NCBI GenBank assembly: GCA_964304625.1
Contig: OZ199839.1
Coordinates: forward strand, 10,089,201 to 10,153,200
Reading direction: 5' to 3'
Length of the DNA: 64,000 nt
From: Kudoa neothunni
Lineage: Eukaryota > Animalia > Cnidaria
A program made the translations under genes and the position numbers. A model generated the notes under the pieces. It was given only the letters and a program-made list of their open reading frames with translations, searched no databases and had not been told where the DNA came from. Numbering within the stretch: position 1 is the stretch's first letter; every line of letters starts with the position of its first letter. Positions 53,968 to 64,000 of the stretch are shown here, piece by piece.

Positions 53968-54822
53968 TCAAGATACAAACGGAAATCCAAATGGAGTTCT
54001 TTTCATGTAGTCACGATATTGATTTTGGTACTGGGACAACAATAGTTCTTCCTCAAAGAGGATGCGTTCGCGAAAGAACAAATAGATCACCACCACTGAG
54101 AAAACCAAGGAAACGACGTTGCCAACCATAATCTGGAGGCCAATAGCAAACATTGACCATCCAACATACGAAGGGTGACGGCACAATGAGTAAATCCCTG
54201 TGGTAACAAGGTGACAATTGTTGATAGAATTATCTTCCTGGATAACATGATTGAAACTATCTCCCGCATGTAGAATTGCACATTTTCTAATACAATCTCC
54301 CATAAGAGCCATACACAAGCCGAAAAATTCAGTATAATGGCAGACAGAATATTTGAGATTGGGGAAAAAATATGAGCCCACGAAAAATTCTATCACAACA
54401 GCCATCAATGTTAACTGATAGTGATAATCATCAGAAGGATTGAGTAGGTAGTTGCAATATGTGACTCCATTCCGAAATTTTGAGTAAGTAATACACACAA
54501 ATTCGAGCATATGAAACAACGAGAGCAGCATTAGAAAAAAGAAGATGGAGCGATGAAATCCAAAATAGTGAGGGTCCACTGCAGTTGCTCTTAGTGCACG
54601 ATTCGAAACATTTGCCACAACCCCCAAAATTGCACTCGTCAAACAAACTTTCGTGCATTTGCGTCCACTCAGCAGCATGGCAATCATAATAGGGATAACT
54701 GTACCCACCACATTAATTGTTATAGTAAAATGTGGTAGAATAACCCATTCAATTAGATAGGTGATCACACACAACCAAAATAAATATAGTTGTTGGTTGT
54801 AATGAGTATGATGGGGGTCCAT
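53968..54822 (-). CDS. ICMT: Protein-S-isoprenylcysteine O-methyltransferase, single exon
   Basis: Multi-TM ORF of 284 aa with LSLFHMLEF, IRKCAILHAGDSFNHVIQ, HLVTTGIYSLCRHPSYVGW, FFRERILFEEELL and YMKRTPFGFPF. Confidence 0.95.
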   Translation of the reverse strand: MDPHHTHYNQQLYLFWLCVITYLIEWVILPHFTITINVVGTVIPIMIAMLLSGRKCTKVCLTSAILGVVANVSNRALRATAVDPHYFGFHRSIFFFLMLLSLFHMLEFVCITYSKFRNGVTYCNYLLNPSDDYHYQLTLMAVVIEFFVGSYFFPNLKYSVCHYTEFFGLCMALMGDCIRKCAILHAGDSFNHVIQEDNSINNCHLVTTGIYSLCRHPSYVGWSMFAIGLQIMVGNVVSLVFSVVVIYLFFRERILFEEELLLSQYQNQYRDYMKRTPFGFPFVS

Positions 54823-54938
54823 TATGATTAAAAAATTTTCTCTTGTAAAAAAGGCTTACAAAAAACAAAACAAACTTGAAAATGTTAACTATTCAACAAA
54901 AAATAATCAAGGGGGATTTTATCCTCCTGGTTCTTCAT

Positions 54939-54948
54939 TGCGCATGCG
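54939..54948. promoter_or_regulatory. NRF1-like element TGCGCATGCG upstream of ICMT
   Basis: Match to the NRF1 consensus about 120 nt upstream of the ICMT ATG, in very AT-rich surroundings. Confidence 0.4.
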
Positions 54949-57530
54949 TGTCCGACGAATAGATTATTAAATCGTTAATCATTATTTCCAGTTTCCTATT
55001 CTACTTCTTACAAAAAAATTTGTTTTTTGCATTATTTGAATGAAATAAAAATAATTTTCAAAGATACATAATTGTGACGTCGGCATAGATAACGAATAGG
55101 TTCGGATACCCTTCCTATTATTGTCCATTAATACTGACTCTTTGCTTTGATTGCGTCACAATAATTGAATTATTAAATTAGAATTTTGTAGATTGCGTCG
55201 TTATATTCTTCGTACACCACAGAAAATAGATAAATGAATTTTTAGGGAATCTCTTATCACGAAAACATAACTATGCTCAATAAAATCATATTTTTACGAA
55301 AATAAAATAAATCTAATTTTTAATTTATGTAAAAACAGATTTTTTACACTTTGAAACGAAAATTAATATATTTTTGTCATAAAATATATTCCAAATAAAA
55401 TTATAATTTTTGTAGATTAAATAACTATTCATATTTTTGAGTTATTAGGTAAATTAATAATTAAAATCGCCACGTTGCATTTATGTAATTATACAAAATT
55501 TTCTTATTTTAAATAAAATTTAAAATAAATATTTTTACTTGATTTTTTTAAGAAAAATAAAATTTTTAATATATCTAATCAAAAATGCTCCTATTATAAT
55601 TCAAAATTAACACATCCCAGTTTTTATGTTTTAATTTAATGCTGTATATAAAAAATTATTTTTAATAATTTTAAATTGAATTAATCTATTAAACCTTATT
55701 TCATATTTTTATTGATTTCATACAAAACTATAAAAATTTAATGAGTCTATGTAATTTTTTAGCTTAATGCCGCAGTCGTATTCTCGTATTCTCGTATTCA
55801 CAAGGAAGTTCATAACTAGCGATAAATCCCATATTTTCCCGCTTGTGGACGATGAAAAAGTTTCAATGGTATTTCTTCAACTAGTTAATCTTGCGTTTAC
55901 ATATATTCAAAAATAACACTGAAATATCGAAATTATTATTTGTCCTTTCACATGAGGTGTTGTAATGTTTCTCTTTATTTTCTGCATTACGGTGAAGTCT
56001 AAATTAATCAAACTTTATATATAAGCATTATATTAATATTATTATAAAAAATTTAATTAAAATCAATGCTTTCTTTTAATTATATTTTCAATATTCATAA
56101 AGCATTAGAGATACATAATATTTAATCTTAATTAAACAAAAACAAAGTAAGAAACATTAGCTAATTTTGATATATTAACGCTTTCCTACACTAATGTGAT
56201 GCAAGTAACAAATCGGAGAGTTTATTCCTCACACGTCACAAATTTGATATAACCGTCAATATATTTGTAGATAAAGCCTTTAAAAAGTGAATAACTTCAA
56301 ATATTAATCTCTTACGAGAATTTTATAGGATTTTTTTCTCGTTTAAATTATAATATTAAAATATTAAACCAACAGTCATATCTTTGTTAATCAAGTAATA
56401 TTTTTCCAAGCCGAGATAGAATTGTTAACCATTTAAAACATCTTGAAATAAATCTTGCAAAGAACTATAAAAAATTTAATATTTATCTAAACATATACTT
56501 ATTTTATTATTATAAAAAAAACTAAAATTTTTTTAATTTCGATTAATTTTATAAAGAAAGCGCTCTTTTTTAAATTCATTGTGATTTTTAAAAAATACCA
56601 ATTTCGACACTAATTTATTCTCATATTTTGTGCGATCATATAAAAATATCATTTCGAGCGAACATGATATTAATGATCTATTTCAAAAATAAAACACACC
56701 TTATGACTAAATTTAATCTGATAATTTTATAAATACCCCTAAAATTAGAAATACCAGATAAATATCGCGCTTTGAACAAATAGAATGTGAGATAATCTAA
56801 AATTATATTCCAAGTCATTTTAGATATGAATTAATTTTATTTTTCGGAATTCACATCCTAAATAGAGATAGCATTGTTTGCTTTTTACATATACGATCGG
56901 CATAAAAATAGTTTTGATCACGTGGCCGTCCAATTTGAAAATAAATCATCAAATAGAATAAATTATTAAAAATTAATGAAAACGCTGAATCAGTAATAAT
57001 ATGTAATTTTTAGTCAAAATATATATCTAATTAACATAAAAGTACAACTCTGATAAAACTAAGTCCCTAAGGCAAATAGTTTCAGGTAAAAGGTAGGATT
57101 ACGTAAAATTATCCAAACTAATCTATACCCCAAAAATTCTAAAACGAAAAATTAAGATGTGTATTTCTTCAGTCAAATTATGCAAAAAGCATCAATATGT
57201 AATAAATGAAATATTCATAATAATAAATATTTACAATAATTCTGTAATTCCTTTATGACATTTGAATTATGTGTAAATTCACACACACCGGATTGATTCA
57301 ATAAATGGCAAATATCAGATAATAGTGCGAACTGCCAAGCTTCGCACGATATTGAGAAAACTTCATCATATATGAAAACGGTCAAGTAATAAACAAATAT
57401 GGCTCTTTTGATTAGCCCTATGGAGAGATTAAATAAATCTTTGTTTAGATATCATACTTTTAACGACTGTGATGGACACAGTAAAAAATTGAGATCATAT
57501 TAGAGAGATAATGAAAGTAGTAAACCCCGA

Positions 57531-57646
57531 ATAACTCGATAATAGCTCGATAATAGCTCGATAATAGCTCGATAATAGCTCGATAATAACTCGATAATAA
57601 CTCGATAATAGCTCGATAATAACTCGATAATAACTCGATAATAACT
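57531..57646. repeat. 11-bp tandem repeat (ATAATARCTCG), about 10 copies
   Basis: Directly visible array with two variants, ATAATAGCTCG and ATAATAACTCG. Confidence 0.9.
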
Positions 57647-58299
57647 TACGATAATTAATTTTTATTGCTCAAATTAATATTTTTATCCGACACATTTTTA
57701 GACACTCTCTCCTTAAGACTGTTGAGTAACTTCTTAATATACACAAAAATACATTGAATAATTAGATAAAGTAGTATTTCAATCTATACATTAACTTTTA
57801 TCGCTTAAAATTAAGTCTAGCGGTCACTATAAAGAAATTTGGGGGTCTAGTTTCAGTTCAGTATGTAAGGATTGAATCTATCTGATTACAACATACCCTT
57901 CCAATTCTTCATTAATTTAGCAAATTTTCATATTTCCGCTATATTAAATTCCACTTATAGAACTTTTAAAGTGTATTTATCAAGTCAAGTCAAATATACT
58001 AAAATTTCCAAAAATAAGGATTGTATTTAAGCACACATCTACATAAAATGTACAGATAGATAAACGATATAAGGTGTATCTTGAAATTTTAGATGTATAT
58101 TTTAAGGCTGAACCACTAAAAACGTTAAAAACAACTTGAATAAGTTCATTATAGATAAATGTCGCCATAAATAAACAAATATAATCTTATTATTTAAGTC
58201 GCGTAATCCGATTAACAACCCTAACATCGAGGATCGAAGACAACCAAATTTCCTACATTAATTTTGAACTTTAGTAATTATAATAAAAATGAGAGAATT

Positions 58300-58440
58300 T
58301 CTAAGTAATCTTAAACTATAAAAAGTTCCATAAATGTCTATCTATAAGGAAAATTTCTTCCGCGCATGCTTACCTATGTACACACACATACCGACAGCAC
58401 TCCTTTCCTTTCCTTTGTATATATATATATTTATAAAAGA
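58300..58440 (-). mobile_element. Helitron-like repeat 5' end
   Basis: Minus strand reads A|TCTTTTATAAATATATAT...ATGTGTGTGTAC...GCATGCGCGGAAGAAATTTTCCTTATAGATAGACATTTATGGAACTT, matching the 63145 and 63502 copies. The 3' end was not located. Confidence 0.6.
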
Positions 58441-58515
58441 TATGATATTGGTCACTCAATAACTTCTTTTAACTGATCTATATTGATGATATCAACTTAG
58501 GTTTGAATACAAGTA

Positions 58516-59255
58516 CAGTCACCGACCGATTTTACGTAATCTCCTCGGGACCACAAACAAGTCTGTAATGTAAAATTGGTCACGCCTGATTTTACGCAGT
58601 TATGTGCTCTCGCATTACAAAAAATGATTCTATTATTTATTAAGTGAGAGAATTAAAATGTTAATCTTTTTTTAAATGCAAATACTGTCATTAACAACCG
58701 GTTCTGAGTAATCTCTTTGGGATCGGGGAGAAAATGTGTGTCAAGTCATATAGATGACGTCTAGTTGTAATCATTTATTATTCCGCGCATATAATAAATA
58801 GTCATTTAATACAATTGAATTGCATAAATTTAAGGGATAAACAATTTCTCTCACCTAGAGATACAATAATTATTTATTTTGATCACAAAAAATTCTTTCA
58901 AATATTTTGAAATATAGTTTTCTCTATCGCGAACATGATCGGTTGATCCTTTTTTATCAAATTTTAATAATTTTTTAAACTCATTATAATAAATTCGAAA
59001 ATTAAAATATAAACTGGTGTTTTCAATTATTTAAATAATTTCTTTTGTTTGAAAAATGTCATAACAGAGTTGGACAAGAAGGATATGTTTGGTGTTTTAT
59101 AATAACACATTTGGCACCTTTTGGGGATATATTATGAACTTATTTGATTTGATTTTATTCCATTGAACACTGAACATATTTCATTTATTTTTTCGAGAAT
59201 GTTCCGAAAAAAGCTGCGTAAAACTGGCCACCGACCTACTGCTAACTACTGACTG
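58516..59255. mobile_element. Probable Tc1/pogo-type MITE
   Basis: TA|CAGTCA...TGACTG|TA ends with repeated subterminal TTTTACG(C/T)A motifs in inverted orientation. The TIR is imperfect. Confidence 0.4.
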
Positions 59256-60054
59256 TATTACGATATTTCCTGAAGGAATTTGTCATGGGATTACGAGATA
59301 ATTACATTATTTGTTTGTCATTTTACGGCTGGTAAATTAAATAGAGCGTATAGTTAGCTTTTGTATTTTAACCACCATATCTATTCACCTTTATCAACCA
59401 ACAAAAATATATTAATCACCTAAAAATCCATTCAAGGATCCACAGCGGTGTAACTTCAGAATGCTCAAAGGATTAATATCGATATATTGGAAATTCTTTT
59501 AATCAACTCGCTTAAAACTAGTATCACCATCACCATCTCCATCCCCGCCTCCACCACCACCCCCACAGATGATCAAACACTACTATATTGCATTGTATAT
59601 TTCCATCTATTAAAATTGAACCAAATATGCCTCATGATTACAGAAATAACTAATATCTCAATATCGTAATCAATATTAATCATTTAATGTTCACTCGGTT
59701 TATTAGCGTTTAAAGATTGTTACAAGATAGCCATTACGAGATAGAAAGGTATCTACGTGAGAAAACGAAATTTTACGATAAAAATCACACTTGATCACAT
59801 TTAACAACCGAGCGCAATGTAATTGGGTTAGAATAGTGCAGCCAATATGGCCGCAAAGCCGCTAAGAACAACTTCGAATAGATTCGCAATGAATGGAGTG
59901 ACTAAAAAATAGACGGAATTAAATGTTGTTTATCGAGTCAAATAAATGATCAGCCAGTTTTCCGCATTATCAAAAATGAGCGAATAAATTCTATAGTTGA
60001 AACGCTGAGGGAAACAAATTTCCAAGGCTGACTAAAAATGACGCTTCACGACGT

Positions 60055-61339
<1,285 letters not shown>

Positions 61340-63144
61340 TCTTTTCTAATCCATTACATATGTATTTAATTACAAAGTGTTTGTGAGAATAAAGTCAACC
61401 GTATTACATTATCATCTACAGATGCAGATACAAATACAGTGTTTACATCCATTAATTGCGAGCCTACCTTAGTGTATATTAATTTCTATGTTTAAATATG
61501 AAAATTCGAATATTTAAAAACTTGTCATTTTTTTACGCGCATAAATACGCTTGCTTGGATTTATTTCATAGACATGCACTTGCTTAAGTTTAATCCAGCG
61601 GTTTTTATCCTGGGTCCCCGAGTGATTTAGATAAAATCCGATTACAATTTTATCATCATATATTCAGTATAATTAGGTATTTTTAAACGTTGGCATAATT
61701 TTTTAAAAGTAGAAATATATATTTGCGTCGTTGTTTCTCATCAATATATTCTATTTATTACAAAATTCCCTGTGTTGTAATTTATTTTGTAGAAAAAAAC
61801 TATAAAAAAAATCATTCGATCAAAACTAAAAATTTCAAAAATATACTTTTTAATGCTGCAGAGTGTGCAATTAGATTGATTATTCCTTTTACAACAACCA
61901 ACCTATTTTATCGCGAAACTAGATTTCCATGCTGGTTACCATAAAAACAAAATCACGAAATCACGTGTATGTGTGTTATTCCCTTGAATACTTTGTCAGA
62001 ATCCGGTAAACTTTTTGATAAAAAGATGGTGAAAAATCTCATTAGATATTCTTTTAATGCTTATTAACTTTTTATCGTAGTAAACACAATAATTAACAGA
62101 AATAAAGATTTTTTATGAACTTTACAATTACACATTTGCTCATGTATAAATAAAAAATCAACGTAGTTCAGTTATGGTTTTATTTTGAATATTATGAATC
62201 ATTGTCTATATTTTTGTTTTGTTTTAATATAAATGTGATTCACGTATTAGTGATTAAAAATTTTTAATACATATTTAAAACAAAACTACATAATTAATTT
62301 ACATAAAAAATATTTTAATAAAATCCGGGATAGATAAATAATTCCGGTTTTTCCTTTCTATCAATTATTTTCTAAATTAAACTAACATTAAAATTATATA
62401 CAATTCGAATTTTATTTCTTTTTATATAAAATTTGCAACAATAATTTTATATCTATTTTAGTCTGTTCACTGAAGTTATAAAATGGAACAAATGGGTAAA
62501 ATATTTATATGTATGATTGGATTAGGAATTTAAACTGGATGGGGTCAGCGAGGAAAACAGGTCAATAACCACTGAGTTAATCTGTAATGATACAAGTTTG
62601 CGTGAATTTGTTATATAGATATAGATATGCGTCTGCTGTATAGGGCGAGTGGGATTTTCGGTGACATCCTCATTTAGGGGAGAAATTCCTAGTGCCTTTT
62701 TATCTCATTGTTTTATAATCTTGTTTGTCTTTTCTCAAAATTAAAATTGTTTTTTGTTGTTTTTTTAATTTTTGATCTAACTTTGATAATTATTTTTTTT
62801 TTGACTTCAATAATGCAGATTCTAGACTTTGTTCAGATTTTACTTGGTTTTTAAAAATCATTTTTTATATCATTAAAATTTGAGAAATATAGCTTTATTT
62901 CTTTTTGTTCATTTGAATTTAAAGGTAAGAAATAAATCTGAGATAGGTATTCGAGTGGAATAGAACGCTTTGGTGGATCCCCACCTCACCCTACATCAAG
63001 TAATGTGATCAATCCTAAAAATAAAATATCTGGATAATATGTAATTTCCATATTGGTATACAACTCGTGGCGATAACTGCGAGGTTTTTTTTCGTTTCAA
63101 TTATTGTGCTTTAAATTAAGTTAGACCTGTTTTCTATTATCATA

Positions 63145-63500
63145 TCTACTATATATAAAAGAGAGGCGTCCGTGTGTGTAACTTTGAGTACATGCGTGCG
63201 CGGGAAATCTATTCCCTTATAGGAACAGATGTTGAAACTTTTGACCATATAGACATAATTTAAACGCTGTTTTCTGATCATTCAACCAACATTATATGCA
63301 TTTGCATTATTATTAACTGATATATAGACCATTTTATGCTTTATGCTGTATGCTTTATGCGCGCGACGAATTGGATTAAAAGGATTTATTTGTGGATTAT
63401 CAAGAACATTAAATTTTTTAGGGGCCAAAGAGAATATTAACTTCTCCAGGATAAACATTAAGATCCTTAGGTAAACGAAATTATTCATATCATATCTAAT
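63145..63500 (+). mobile_element. Helitron-like repeat copy
   Basis: A|TCTACTATATATAAAAGAGAGGCGTCCGTGTGTGTA...CATGCGTGCGCGGGAAATCTATTCCCTTATAG. The right boundary is uncertain. Confidence 0.6.
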
Positions 63501-63501
63501 A

Positions 63502-63930
63502 TCTACTATCTACTATATATATATATATATATATATAAAGCTGAAGTGTGTGTCAGCAAGTACGCATGTGCATAAAACATTTTTCCTTATAGAGAGACAT
63601 TTATGAAGTTTTGTAAAAATCATAATGTTTAAAAAAATCTTTGAATCCTTTTCACGTTACCAAGTGTTCCCAAAAGTGTTTAGAAAATGGTGCTTTAGTC
63701 GTTTCAACGTTTGTTTAACGGATTACTTGAGTCCAAGAATTGAATTAACATTGGCTTATACCATGGTGAAGGTCGGTTGAAGTTAACATTCTCCCTTATA
63801 TGCTCTATTAAATGTCAATTAAGCGGTGCCAACTATCTTTATGTATAAGGTTGGCGTTTGTGCAAATACACTCCTTATTTGTGGAGTTTCAGCGTATAAG
63901 ACTTGATAAGTATATTTTAAAGTTCTAGTA
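63502..63930 (+). mobile_element. Helitron-like repeat copy lacking the nested TIR element
   Basis: A|TCTACTATCTACTATATAT...AAAGCTGAAGTGTGTGTC. Collinear with the 26419-to-24910 minus-strand copy but without 25054-26162. Confidence 0.65.
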
Positions 63931-64000
63931 ATGGTTTTAGATATGATTAAAAGTTTATATATGTTTCATGAATAGCGAAATGGTAGAGAACGTTAAAATT

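Noticed and set aside
57531-57646. CRISPR-like array (also 13841-13924)
   Set aside because: Head-to-tail repeats with no unique spacers, no cas genes, and a eukaryotic context.

Overview
This is AT-rich eukaryotic (animal) genomic DNA, not prokaryotic. Genes are dense in very short GT-AG introns (mostly 38-60 nt), which suggests a compacted, probably parasitic metazoan such as a myxozoan or orthonectid; the taxon is inference only. Manual splicing recovers these host genes: an N/Q-rich gene running off the left edge, a divergent Scribble (LRR-LAPSD-3 PDZ), IP6K, XPG/ERCC5, GATD1, SEC11, ICMT and YY1. The most novel item is a pair of paralogous, unrecognised extracellular proteins (27043-29964 + and 49575-51892 -) built from phase-1 exon modules with four cysteines and FN3-like C-terminal motifs. 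One copy is a type I membrane protein with furin-type sites and a tiny Cys-containing tail. The other lacks the anchor and ends in a polybasic tail, and each carries one extra cysteine. Intergenic DNA holds many decayed and nested transposons: MULE, two convergent Merlin/ISXO2 transposases inside one pair of terminal repeats, pogo/Tigger fossils (one with a host-size intron), solo LTRs, Helitron-like repeats and long-TIR elements. No rRNA, tRNA or CRISPR array was found.
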